Shown here piece after piece: positions 25,568 through 38,556 of a stretch of 64,000 nt of DNA. Below the pieces are notes generated by a model. The model searched no databases. It saw only the letters and a program-made list of their open reading frames with translations, and was not told where the DNA came from. The stretch is from Phoronis australis (lineage: Eukaryota; Animalia; Phoronida). The DNA is taken from assembly GCA_002633005.1 (NCBI GenBank), contig NMRA01000084.1, positions 420,320 through 484,319 of the forward strand. Direction: 5' to 3'. How positions within the stretch are numbered: position 1 is the stretch's first letter; every line of letters starts with the position of its first letter. The position numbers were made by a program, and so were the translations under genes.

Positions 25568-26034
25568 CTGAAACACGAAGACCAAACTTTAAGTTAAAAC
25601 CGAACAAACTATTACCTGGCCTACATATTTGCCCATATACATGACTTGCCTCCTTATTCACTGCATGCTGCGGGTATTAGGTTGACGCTGGTAAGTGATG
25701 GTACATACATGTCTATAGCCTCTGCATTGAGTTTCTCAGGCAGGTTATACAATAGACGTCGTAATATAACAACAAAGGAACAGCAATGCACGCTATTTTT
25801 TCCTTTCTCCTGCAGTTAGCTGATATGTGCTGCTCAAAACAAATTACGAGCTTCCAATGCCAAGCTTAGTTTTTCCAGCCGGCACTGTTTGACATGGACG
25901 GGAAAGAATGTTTCCCTGAGAAGCATTCATAATTGTCGGTTGTGAAATACCATGTAGCGCCTAAATACCATGCAGCGCCTAATCCAACAGAAAGCAACAT
26001 AATCTTGACAATTTTCGCAATGAGATTCAAACAA

Positions 26035-26146
26035 CCGTCTCCGGCATCACCACCGTCATCATTGTCGTCGTCATCAAAATTGTTACCATCGTTGCAGTCT
26101 TCATCGTCCTCATCATAATCGTCACCATCATCAGTATCATCATCCA
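26035..26146. repeat. Degenerate (TCA/TCG)n trinucleotide repeat in the homeobox intron
   Basis: Run of catcat/cgtcgt triplets; it produces the poly-Asp and poly-Ser ORFs in the ORF track. Confidence 0.8.
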
Positions 26147-27547
26147 TTGCAGTCTCTTTGTGGTATTCTTCCCCCAATACCATTGTGCCCTTAACATGTC
26201 GATCAATTGGAATTGTTAATCTATTCTCGATTCTATTGTAACGCGTGACATTTTAGTACTTTGTCTCGGTCAAAGGAAAGTGGTCCCTTCAAAGCGGACG
26301 CGCCTAAAAAACGTAAAATTGCAGCAAAGATTCAATCAACGCATAATCTAATTTTTTTTTCAGTCAAACTCCTTTCGAATTGTCAGTTTCGGTGTCGTCC
26401 TGTTTAATCTTTTTGCACATACACAAACCCTAAATGTGCGTATCCGGCTGTAGTAACTGAATTGCCAATCGTTTCGGTTATTTTGCAAAGCAACCCCTAT
26501 TGTGCTCTGTGTTCCTTTTATCTGTGTTTTCACAAGCTAGTCTGGTCAAGTAGATATCTACACAAACATAAACTTTACCTGAGGACAGATACGTTAAAAT
26601 ACTGCGGTACCCAAAGGCAGTTAAATGTATCATTTCAAACATTCCATTGGAAAGATTACTTCTCGCTTTCTCTGCAGCTTTACCCTAAAGAATTAAAGAC
26701 ACGCACCCCCGATTAATTTTCGTTTTTCACTGCTTTGATAAAATCTGTGTCAACATCATTTTGTTCTCAATTGAAAAGACGTGGCGGTACAGTGGCCTGG
26801 TGCAGTCTGCGGTGCAACAGGCGTGCTTTGGCCACACAGTTGAGTCCGTTGCTCTAGTCACCTGACTCAAGGCGACCCTTCAGCACGGAGTTCCCCTGAG
26901 AAAAAAATCTTCCAATCTTCCCATATTTCGCATGAAGTTATAGAAGTTATTGAACCTTCACGATCTGGCAAATCCTACCAGTTATATCTCCATCTGGCAG
27001 AAGATTGCGAAGACCCTGATAAGCAGGGCAAGATTGAACTCAGTCTTTTGCGAGTCTTAGCTTTCAAGCCACACTTGAGGACACATAGTGATGGCGTCAA
27101 CAGATCTTGCTATGAATGTGTGCACCTATTTCTGACAACGAGGTGTTGCCTGTAAAGGAGCGTACCCTGGCTACTTTTTAATCGCTGCTGAGGTTAAATT
27201 TTTGTGGTGTCAGTTAATGCTAATAGTTCCAGAAATATATAAATGAATTACAGGTATAAACGCACCACAAATAAATCATGAAATTTATTTCAAAATTTGA
27301 ATTTATCCATGAGGGTTTTGAGTCATTGTTTGATGTTTAGTTCGTGCAAAACGGTGAATTTACCAAGAGTGGAAGACGCGACACACGCCACGACCCCACA
27401 GTTTAATTTTAGCTTATTCGCTTGCTCGGTCAAAGGTCAAGGTGAGAACGTGTTGCTGTGGAATAGAACTAATCGAGATAAACTGATACAAAATACTTCG
27501 GTGTTGGTAGGATACTCCTTTGAACGTAACCCGTGCCTTCGCTCTAC

Positions 27548-27693
27548 CTGTCGTTCTGTAAGTCCAAGCACTTGTGCTATCTCGACTCGGCGTCTTCTTG
27601 TGAGATAGCGGTTAAAATGGAATTCCTTTTCAAGCTCCAGAGTTTGGAATCTGGTATACGTTTGCCTGCCTACTCGTTTCTTTTCTGTTCCAC
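27548..27693 (-). CDS. Antp: Antp-position Hox gene, coding exon 2 (homeodomain residues 1-44)
   Basis: Acceptor ctctttcag|GT GGA ACA. Encodes (S)[48 protein letters not shown], then donor CAG|GTAGAG. The position between Lox5 and Lox4 supports Antp/Hox7, but orthology is not certain from sequence alone. Confidence 0.88.
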
Positions 27694-30600
27694 CTGAAAG
27701 AGGAGTTATCATATTCGAGACAAATTTAGATTCCCCCCTTGCTTGATATACATTACATGTAAAAGTCAGTTGTGAGGCGTGTTTGTAAACAGCATTGTTA
27801 AATTGATCTTTGATCGAAAGATGTAGCACTCCGGTTCAACATGCGCTAACCGGTATTCTTTCACAATGTTCTCTGGCAATACTTTTTTCTCTACATTACC
27901 AGTTGGAGCCATTTCTACAAAGAAGTGGAGCAGCCAGCGAGAACGATATTTCTTTAGATTAGCCTCAAGACGCACTGGAATTCGCGACTTCAGCGGCCTC
28001 AGTCCGCCCGGGAATTTAGCTAGCAGGGCTATACCTTAAGTAGACTAACATTTCAGCATCACTGGCCTGGATTTCAGCGAATTACTGGCAGCCAACGGTT
28101 AGGATTGTTTTGTAATAAAACCACAAAATACAATGGAGTGTCTTGTTTTACAGCTCTGTAGTCGAAACAAATATCTTCAAGAACCCTATCACATCAAATA
28201 AATCCGAAATTACATTTTCGGCCCAGAAACCGAATTTGGCTCTTTAAAATAGGTCTGGGAATGTGCATCAAAAAAGAAAACAAACAAACAGATCGATGCA
28301 TGTGTTTACAAAACTGATCTAAATTTATGTCCACGACTTAATTTACATTAGCATTTGAACGGAAATCACCATGATTGCCAACTATTGCTAGCGCTACCTG
28401 CAGACGTCAAATAAACAAGTTTAAAGCAATGGTATAGAACAGATTTGAATTCCATTGATGACGTCACAAAAGCGTGAGGATTATTGTCGGCAGCTTGTCT
28501 GCTATAGGAGGATTCTAAGGGCGCATCTGCTGACACGTGATCATCGTGATATATTTTAACGGTACCTTGAAAGACAACATATTGACTTTTTGCCCAAAGT
28601 GTTCGATTGAGACAGAGACCCATCGGAGCTTTCACCTGGATGGAGAGGGGCTCTTTGGAAGTCCTAAACAGTGGCCTTACTCTCTGTTAGTATCTTCTGC
28701 TACTGGATATTTTCGACATGTCAATCAAAGTCATAGTTTTAGCCAACCAGATCGCGCAAACATAGAAACGCAGGGAGAGTCCGCCACTTTTGTCCCGCAA
28801 ACTTTGCTTATGAACAAAGTCGTTGATATTGTTTAAGGATACGCATGGGGTTTGTGCAATGATGCAATAGGACGAAAGAAGAAATGTGAATGTTGCTGAT
28901 AACGGCATGCAGTAGAATTTACTGTGAGATAAGTATACGCCCGAATGAACCATAGACTAGTTTCGAGTATTTATTAGAAACACCGCCAGAAGGCAATTGT
29001 TTATGCAGAACGAACAACTGTGGACGAAAAACAGAGGTTTATTGAGAGCTGAATAGAATGAACGAGACCAGCACAAAATGGCAGACAGCAGAGAGAGAGG
29101 GCGCTGACTGCAGCGAAACGACATCTGGCGGACTGGCGCACACACACGGTGACATAAATTCACCTTCATAAGTTGTTACAGATAGGTTTTATTTTGTTTT
29201 TATGCTATGTACCTCATGGCATTTAACAATTAAGCGCAAAACTACCCATATTATATATTATATTTCCTAAACAACGCTACAAGGAAGCTGTGAATAAAGT
29301 CAGTATTTAAAGATTTGAAACTTCAAAACAAAAAACTATGGACATACACCTCTACCTACATGTACATGTATTTACTACATTCGGAAAACCTGTTGAACAC
29401 TAGTGCACAGTCCTGCATTAAAGTCATAAATCTCACTTAATTTTAGTTGAAGTGACAACGTTAATCATGTCAGCACATGCCCTTCACTCCTCACCTCAAA
29501 CACTATATCTTTATGTCAACCCATTTTTACCTATCATTACGTTTCAGTTGAAAGCAGTGACCGAGAAATAGCCTTGTTTTAATTTGGTCACACATTTTTG
29601 AGTAATAGGTATTTTTACACTTTTTTGAATTTATTTTTGTCTCAGCATCTAAATGTAGACTTTCCTTGATTATTGAAGTACGTGTTGCGTGTCAAGTAAT
29701 GCACAAAAGTCTGTGTGTTCTTTTCTATCCACAGTAGAATTAGAGACTTCGACAAACTTTGCCAAAAAACCAACGACCGGTCACTGTCAGTTTCTCTTCA
29801 TTTTAAAGAATCGATTACTTAATTTGAAGCTGTTGATTTTAGTTATTGCTACTAAGGCGTGAAATTATAGGGTTACATTAAATTCCACAATGACGTCATA
29901 GTGAATACAATACTGGACAAATGCAATGCAGACATACGGTTTGACGATAAAACGGCAAATTTGAATCAATTAAAGAAGATTTTTTGTCTTAAATTATTAA
30001 CATCAGTTAAAGTTATTTCACAACCCCAACATCATGACAGAATTGCCATCAGATGCACCGATCAATTGTCACCTTAAAGCTGGCGCAGTAAGCTGTCGAT
30101 TGGGCAGCGAACCCCGTTTTTTCCTATTTTATAGAAAATAAGAGGGACATCCAAATTAAATACCCAAGAAATTTGTTGATGGCAGAAGCCAGACCATTAA
30201 AAATACTTACGCTGACGTACGAAAACCACCGAAAAATTAAATAAAACACAAATCTGACACCGTGCAACGAAAGTAATCTACTTCAAAGAGAATTTTAATC
30301 ATTAATTAAAGTAGGGGTGACTTTCAGTAACCACTGCAAATTTCGCATAAGGCAGAAGTGCCCTCTCCTTAGACGACTGTAACGGAAAAATTAATTTGGT
30401 GTTCCCCTCTTTGTTTTGCTGATTTGTAGGAGACAAAGGTCAAAGCACCAATAACAAACGTAAAACTGTAGAATTTCAATAATAATATACAAACGAATTT
30501 CTGTACTTGTCATATTGATACACCCAAATATAATGATTCACATTTTGGGTATTTGCATTTGTTTTGAAACTGTTGCTCATTGTATAAGAATGATACCTAC

Positions 30601-30899
30601 AGCTATTCAAAAAATACGCTGACGATACGTAACATGTTTAATTTAATGAGTCATGGTATCAGAACGTGACACACAGTTGAAAACCACGACAAAAATATCT
30701 CCGTGCCCATCTGAGTGTTTTAATGCGTGACATGCGGTTTTATTTTCTACTATTTAGATCCGGTTAATTTAAACTGATGCCGCACAATATTTCAATATGA
30801 TTACAGATCATTTTCGCTATGTAACCTGGTATTGCGTAATATCTCCCCCCTCCGAGAGAAAAGACCGGATGGTAGCTTCGTTCAGTTTGTGCTGCTTCA

Positions 30900-31750
30900 G
30901 GCGTACGTAGACACAGTGCATTGACCATGTGATCTTGATTCAAGAGGTCCACACGGCATTGGGTACTTCCTAGATGAAATCTTACAATCTTCTGTCATTT
31001 TATACTGGAATGTGGAATTAACACCACATTTGCCTGTCAATTTCCTCCTGGGAGGGTACACTGTATTTCATCGAGTTTGAGGCTGCGAAGCCAAATCTCA
31101 CGGGGAGTCTCAGTTTCTTAGCTACTCATTGGGTAGTTTGTGGCTTGTGATGTCTTGATGTCCAGTCGAGCTACTGTAGGTCATAGTATATATGCCTGTA
31201 GCTAAACCAAAAATGAAGAAAATGCGGTGGGTCGGGTTTGACGGCAGTTTTGTGGACTAGAATTGATGGCCACAAGTGGTATTTCTTAGTTCCTTAAAAT
31301 TGTTTTGAGTAAACCGAGTCCAGAAATTGTCTGTGCTCTTGTCTACTAGGGTAGAGAAATGCCCGACATTTTGAGAGAACAACCATGTTCAATTTTAAAT
31401 TATTGGCCAAGCACCCTTCAGACTTGTGAAAAGGCTCAAAAATCCAGTTTGTAATGACATAATTTAATCCACATTTTTAGAATCTCGAGTGAAAGAGCAT
31501 TCAGATGGTGGTCTCCTTTCTTGCACCGGGACAGTCGTGTTATTGCGATTAGGTAAAACATGACCGAAATCACACTTTTTTGGTAATCGACATCTCCATT
31601 TTCAAGGTGGTCGTAGTAAAGTAAAAAGACATGGCTTTGTTGAATTTCTCCATGTTTGAGAAATCCCATGAAGTGTGGCCTCTGTCAGTTATGCAAGTGT
31701 CAGCGACAGCTGTGCAAACAAGGGGTTAGATTAACCCAGGCCAGTGATCA
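30900..31750 (-). mobile_element. Possible highly decayed non-LTR retrotransposon (CR1/L2-like) AP-endonuclease remnant in Antp intron 1
   Basis: Fragments in different minus frames fall in the expected order: GISQTW (cf. GISETW), LEILKMWIKL, LDW and QDHMV (cf. SDH). There are many stops and frameshifts. Confidence 0.35.
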
Positions 31751-33116
31751 GGTGAAACTGGTATGACTTTGGTCTTAGTCCCTGAGTAGCGGTGTCCGTT
31801 AATGATCTGTATGACATATAGAAAAGAAAGCAGTCTTCTCTAGTAATAAGTCTTTCTCAGAAACCTTTTGTTTAATAAGGCCTGGGCATATCTTGTTTGT
31901 TCGCCTGCTGATGCAGATCTTCCGTCGACAATTTGAATTAATGTTTCACGTTTGCCTTAAGCATGGAGCGAGGCTTCTGGGCCTGACATAGCACAAGGGA
32001 GCCCGGATGTCCACCGGAACTCCCACATCAGCATCGATCGTATCTTTGAATTGGAAAACGGAATGAGACTACATACACAGGGGACAAATACAAGATTATG
32101 CAGCTATACTGTAGTCCCAGCATGGGACAGGTGAAAATACGGGACGTCGGGATATCAAATACATCAAATGGGGAAACGTACGATGTAACACCCAGAAATC
32201 AACGTCTAGTAATCGAGGCTAGTAGAATGGAGAGCCGCGATTGTTATGGTATAGAGCATATATAAGCAGGGAAATAAGTTGCCGGACGCTTGATCGGAGA
32301 TGTCATGACAGGAAACGAAGTTTCAAAAAGTTAATAACAAACCACTGCACCTTCAGTAGGAGACTAGTTTGCGAGACGCTCTTTCAGGTGCTACACAGGC
32401 TGAACACAACTTGAATTGACTCTGAGTTTAAACAAAGACTGAAAGTATATATACAAAGGTTCTTGTTTCCAAGGACTGTGCCATGCTATCCAGCCATTTG
32501 AGCTGCATTTGAAGGCATCAAGATTACAACTGCCAACGAGAGTGTCACCAGCCTTGGCCTAGCTAAAACCAGACCTTGGTTTACATGTGAGTTTGCCATT
32601 TAACTACCCCGGATAGCCCGCACCCAGTTGAAGCCGGGGAGTAGGTTGCTCAGTGCCAACAACTGGGGTGGCCCTACTGAGACGGATAGTTCTAGCTTAT
32701 CTTCTGTTACATTCTCACTATTCAACATGAACATGCGTGGTCCACCCCACAAGGTAAATACCAATGACCGATTGGTAGAGATAGTCGTTGTTCAGTTAAA
32801 TACTTCATCATAAAGTTATCCCGAGGAACTCGGGTGAACGCCGGACTACTTAACACGGCAGTAGACCGGGCCCTCTACTCGTTTTATTCTTCGGGAATAA
32901 TCTGCCTGACGGATAAAGCTATACGAGTCATCTGTACGCTCGGGTGAGTGCCAAACGAGTCCGGTGAGTCACGTGATGGGTTTAGCCTATACCTTTTGAT
33001 TGTTGCAGCAAATGGTAGCGTATTTATATTGCATTCCTCTTACATTTTCACACCCAGATAGCGGAACCGTCTCGTCCACGACTCGCCTAAGGCTAACCTA
33101 GAACTAGCAAACAGCA

Positions 33117-33128
33117 NNNNNNNNNNNN
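33117..33128. other. Assembly gap (12 N)
   Basis: Run of n characters inside Antp intron 1. Confidence 1.
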
Positions 33129-33567
33129 TAAGTCTCCCGAAAAAAGTTGACGATCGGATAGTGTTTAAAAGTCTAATTCTAAATTTCTCCAGTTAGTGCA
33201 CAAATGAAGTAAAAGAAAGTAGTTCTGCTTGTCGCGTCAGCTGTTGGTATCATTATCTCGATTTATCACCCACAACGCGTGACTGGACAAAGCCTTTTCA
33301 AATTAAGCCGGTGGAGCGTGAGACCCCTGAGGTCCCAATCGAGTCCTCACGACAACTTCGCGTTATGATCTGATATCAACATTTCGTTAGTCAGTTCAAT
33401 ATTCTAGAAAGAGACTATCTACGAGAAAGGGAAATAAATGAAGTGCCACATGTCGATGAAACGTTTTAACAACCACGTATACATGTTTATTATGTAGCCA
33501 TATGATATTTTTAGAAAATGATATTGGCTATGAGGCAGGTGTATTCCACAGGCCGGGTCAAGGTGAT

Positions 33568-33646
33568 ATGTGTGTGTGTATGTGTGCGTGTGCAGGTGCG
33601 TGTGCAGGTGTGTGTGTATGTGCGTGTGTGCGTGTACGTGTGTGTG
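33568..33646. repeat. Degenerate (TG)n repeat
   Basis: tgtgtgtgtatgtgtgcgtgtgcaggtg...; a similar tract lies at 35370-35445. Confidence 0.85.
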
Positions 33647-36600
33647 TAGTAGTTATATTCTACCCGGTGAGCTGTATCAACAGCCGCTGGAGGCTGCGTT
33701 CCTGTCTAGTCTTTGATGTGAAAGAGTCATGAGATATAGACGTACGGGTTTGTTAAACCTGATGAATGAACCCAGTTCACGAATTGTTTGATGTTTCCTC
33801 GAAAGTGAACCATCAAACGCTTGTGGTGACCAAATGTTAATCCCCAGCACAGTCAACGTGATTACATTCCATCAATCAACTGAAAATATCCAGTTAAAAA
33901 CAAAGGCAACGATGAATTAGTTTTCATGCCATGTCTATACATAGCCACAATGGACTGCTGGAGTTCAAGGTGGTTTTTGATATATTCACATATGGGTAAA
34001 CGACCATCATGAAGTCTTTATCAAATTATGTATTTATTTATCCATATGTGTCTGGTTTTCATCGGTCTAAACTGAACAGTGGAGATGGGGTTTTCAAGAT
34101 TTGGATCATCGCTCATGCGTTTAGAAGTTGTGCGGCTGTCATCAAAGGCGATTGTTGAAATGTTGTTGTTGACAGATTTGAATAATACGGAAATAATTGC
34201 CCGGTCTGTGATCAAAATCTAATCAGCAGGTATTGAATATAGCGCACCTTCTCTTGTGATGTTTGTTACATTGTCACCACCACAACAATACATCAAGGGC
34301 CTGTCACGCAAAAGTTTTCAAATACGCTCAGAAATCACAAATTACAGTACATGTCCAAATATAGCTGTCTGAAAGCCAAAAACAACCAAGTACTGCATGC
34401 ACAACTAAACATCGATCTTGACAATGCCAGTGCCATGAGTGGACTAATTTTTCAGTGAAGACCATTGACCGCAAACATTAGTCCATTTTTAGTTCTGAGG
34501 CATCGGCAGACAGTGAGCGAAGTTACCATTATTGCACAGAGTGTTTTTTCTGAATAAAAAATACCATGGTTAAGAAATTTCGTTGTTCGTGCTCAGCTCT
34601 GGCCTAAGACAGACGCAACGGAAGGATTAGACACTTTTATGTTGTTTCCATTAAAAAAAGTGAAATAGAATGTGTTCGGTAAGTGGTAAATCCAAGTTGA
34701 AACATCAAAAGTCATTTTACGCGTGGCTTCGTGGTTTACATGTACATCAAACCAAGTAGTGTTATTACAGTTCGTGTACTGAAAGACACCGCGTGATTTC
34801 GAGTGTCAGAAAAAACTCCCAGCCAATTGCGCTGCAGTTTGTTGCACGTGCAGGTGTGCCATCAGACCCCACGACTTTTTCCAGGTTCGGAGAGCATCAA
34901 CTCGGTTGTATTTGAAACTTGTTCCTATACAGGTCGTTGTAGTTCAACCCCTGAAACTTGTTGTCACTAACATGTTGGTAATCAGTCGATAATAACGGGA
35001 TGGCCTCTCTTCCTCGTTAAGTATATAACTTTTAATCAAAGTTCAATCAAGCACAACCAAGCTTTCTAACAAAGCATGATCGAACTGATTGATTATCGTA
35101 TATCTGAGAATAGCGAATAAAATGGATTGCATACAACGTGACGGTCATACCACTAAAGACGTCAAACAGCACCCACAAGAACAGCCGAAAGCCTCGAAGG
35201 CACGTTCAAACCCTCCAAGCCTCGACCCATAATGTTCCCCTAACGGTTGACTTCACATGGCACTTTTTGAACTATTTCGCGACAAAGTTTTTTCCGAATA
35301 ATTTGTCTTTGAGAGGAACCTGTTCCCCAACAAAAGTCCAAACGAGCACCTCGACAAGGGCAACCCCACATGTATGCGTGTGCGTATGCGTGTACCCGTG
35401 TGCATACGTGTGTATGCATGCGTGTATGTGTGTATAAATGTGTGTAGATTAACTTTCAACACAATAGAAAAACTTCGAACTGAATTTTTGTAGACTCCGC
35501 TAAACGTGGACAAACTTCTTATTATCATCCTTTTGGCAGTTTTTTTTCGAACTTTTGTCGGAATAAAATGTCGTATGTTGAAGATTTGTTGGAATTTAAT
35601 GTTACGTTATTTCGTCAAGTCGATAATAGCTTATTGATGAATAGACTTCTACAGTATCTTGTCATGATTTCAACAACATGCATGGACCCACAGCTGTATA
35701 CATGTAGATTGAAACAAAACTGAAACGGGTTTCACTCAGTCGTAGTTTTGTAGACGAAAACTTACTCTATGAGCTGTCGACCTTACCTACTTGTGTATGT
35801 ATTTTAATATGGTGACGTAGTTGCTGTGCACAAGGCCACTGGGACATTGTATAACGACACCGTAATGGAAGTTGACACATCCACCCAAACATGGCTGTAT
35901 AAGTCACTTTGAAAACAAGAGCAGCAAACTTTGAATGTAAGACTAATTATGCAAAAATGAGTACAAGTTCTTCCACTCATAGAAGTTCCTCGAAACCGCT
36001 ACGTCTCCATCCTTAGCGGCAAAATCCCAGCCCTTGGCAGTGCCAAATGGTTCTCCGCAATAAAAGGCTTTTGCAACCGTAATTAAGATTTCTCGTCAGT
36101 AATGGTAACTCATGATTGTTCTTCTTTTCCGGCGTAAGCTCTACCTATGTACTTCAATTTCACAATCTGTTTATTCTGTAAAGAATGACTAGATATTGAC
36201 TGAAATCTTAATTTCACTGGCTGGTGGGAATCATATTCTGATAAGGAAAGACGTATGTTGGCAAAGAATACTACGGTCTGCATGCGCGCTCGAATTTTTC
36301 AGAATGTGGACCTTTTACAAAGAAAAAAAACGGGGTACGTTCAGAGCTATGAATTGTGCATTCACCGAATTCCCGCCTTTTTAGTGGATTTTCGTCGGGC
36401 TTTTTGTTTCTCTGAGGCGGATCTTTTGCCCACTTCCCCAAATGCGGGGGCACCCCCCGGATGCGCGCATGATCTGTCCTTCCATAAATGTTGATTTCAA
36501 AACTTTTCTATTGAGGAAAACAGTAATGTAATGGGAGTTTTAAACTGGAAATCAAATTTTGATTTTGGTTCATTGTGTCTTGTTTTCCCATCATTACTGC

Positions 36601-36925
36601 AGTTGTTCAATTTTGATTTTTCAGAAAAACGTGTATTGACCTTGGTTATGTTTGTTAATGTGATGTACCACACCGTGTTTTATGTAAAACATTACCGCTT
36701 TCCCTATTCATTCTGTAATACGATGTAATGTTAAGATTTCAAGCCGCGATGATGTCAGGGAATGCGGTCCTGTAGAAAGTGGTGGTGGTGATGAAGATAC
36801 ATGTAGATACAATTTAAAAGGTTCAATAGCACTTAAATATGCATAAGAAAGCATTTAATGGGACCCGAGAAAACCCATGGTTGACCACTACACCCTGGTG
36901 GATTATTTCAGTATGTGGTACTCAC

Positions 36926-37259
36926 TGTTGGTTTGCTGAGGCATCATCCACGCGTAGATGGCTTGCGAGCACGCAGGTTTAACTTCTGGCTTCGTCAAAG
37001 ATGGTGGTGATATTGGAGTAACTGGTGCCGAGCAGGTCATCGGGTAATAAGCGGATGGTGGGTGTAAGCCCATCGGTGGCTGTTGATACGTAGCGTATGC
37101 CGTGTAATTTCCGTAGTAAGTGGATAAATCTCCATTTGGGTATGAAGAGTAGTCGCCATTGCGTGGCGTTGTTGCTACATGGGAGTTCCAACGGTAATCT
37201 GCTGGAGTGGCGAATTTCAGGTTACGATCGGATGGCGTCTCTACAGAGTAGCAACTCAT
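36926..37259 (-). CDS. Antp: Antp-position Hox gene, coding exon 1
   Basis: Starts MSCYS, is rich in Tyr/Pro/Ser and ends with the hexapeptide-like IYAWMM. The strong phase-1 donor AAC A|GTGAGT matches the phase-1 acceptor at 27693. Spliced CDS is 334+146+201 = 681 nt (226 aa). Confidence 0.85.
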
Positions 37260-37268
37260 ATTGCGAAT

Positions 37269-37393
37269 GATGATCTGTCAGCAGCTCCTGTGACCAACGA
37301 CTGTGTGGTCCCAGCTCAAACTTTGTCGAGAACACGAAGTTGGAAGGCTGTCGATTTTTACATTAGAGAAGTCACCGCCTGACTGTCCAATCA
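37269..37393 (-). promoter_or_regulatory. Antp proximal promoter / 5'UTR motifs
   Basis: TGATTGGACAG (CCAAT box at 37387-37391) lies ~130 bp upstream of the ATG, and TGACAGATCATC lies ~10 nt upstream of it. The layout parallels Lox5. Confidence 0.45.
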
Positions 37394-38556
37394 CAAAGTT
37401 AGCTGATGTGTTGTGTCAAATGATAATGGCATCATACCTGACTAAAAATAAACATTGCTCTGTGTATGAATTTTTAATATGTGTGTTGATTGATCACACT
37501 GTACGGGGCTGCGGTTTACATGGCTTATTAAGTCTATTTAAATTGCAATATACACTGTATGTGGGTATACTACTTTGTTGAATTTGTTGGAAGAAAGTCA
37601 AGGTGCTGGAACTTTGAAATTTGATAAGATTTAAAATGACCACTGCCTTAGCTACATGACTACCTGATGGTGTTCATAACTATGCCAAATTCAATAGAAT
37701 TCACGCAATCACGTGTAGTGTATAATCCTCTTTTACACAGCAGTGTATCGGAAACAATTCTATATAATGGATGATCACGTCATAGACCAACTTCATTAAA
37801 ATCTAATTACATTGCCAAGGATATTGGTTTCCTAAAACCACTTCAAATGAGAAGAATTTCATTTATTCGATCCATTATAGAGTGTCGTTCATTGGAGCTC
37901 CCGTCATGGTTTTGTCGTTGTGAGTGGTACGCGGGGTCGTGTGGCTACAGGAAACTATTTGTTTCTCTGCGTAATTTAAGTTTTTGTAGGACTGATACTG
38001 GTACAAGCATGCATATTACTAATTATCTAAGTATACCTTAGTTATTGCGGAACAGTTAATGCAACCTATCTACTCGTCTACAGTAACAGGGACAAAACGT
38101 TTTGGTTGAAGTTATTCTATAATGGATTGTGAATGCACACATTGATCGTGGTGTTTTTTTGTTTTTTTTTGTTTATTTTTTTTTTATTTTTTTTTGATTT
38201 GCGGTGGCTTCTGCTGATCGAAGTGTCAGAAGACCTACTGGGTGGTGGAAATGAAATATAAACGAGAGTGTGCAGTTTGCCTCGTTGGGACACAAGTTTT
38301 TCCGACTGACATGTTAGTTGATACTGCATATTTACAGTTAGGTTTTTAAAAAAGTGCGTGTATATATCCAAACACGTTTTCTTGTCCCAAATGAAAGCTC
38401 AGTTGAAGTCTGATTTTCAGGGCGAATTTTATAAATAACTATTTGCTTGGAGTATAGCTGAGGTTTGACGGCAGGTAAGCAAAGAAACGGCACTTGGGGT
38501 AATGGAGATTTTCAGCTTATTCATTTGGTACGGGCCAATGTACGGATGGTTACAGC

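Noticed and set aside
25866-26183. 105-aa acidic ORF with a hydrophobic stretch as an extra exon or gene
   Set aside because: It is explained by a (TCA)n repeat in the homeobox intron, and inclusion would break the homeodomain.
26760-27180. Possible second Academ-like fragment (LEDFFSQGN) in the homeobox intron
   Set aside because: There is a single weak motif, with no TIRs or further support.
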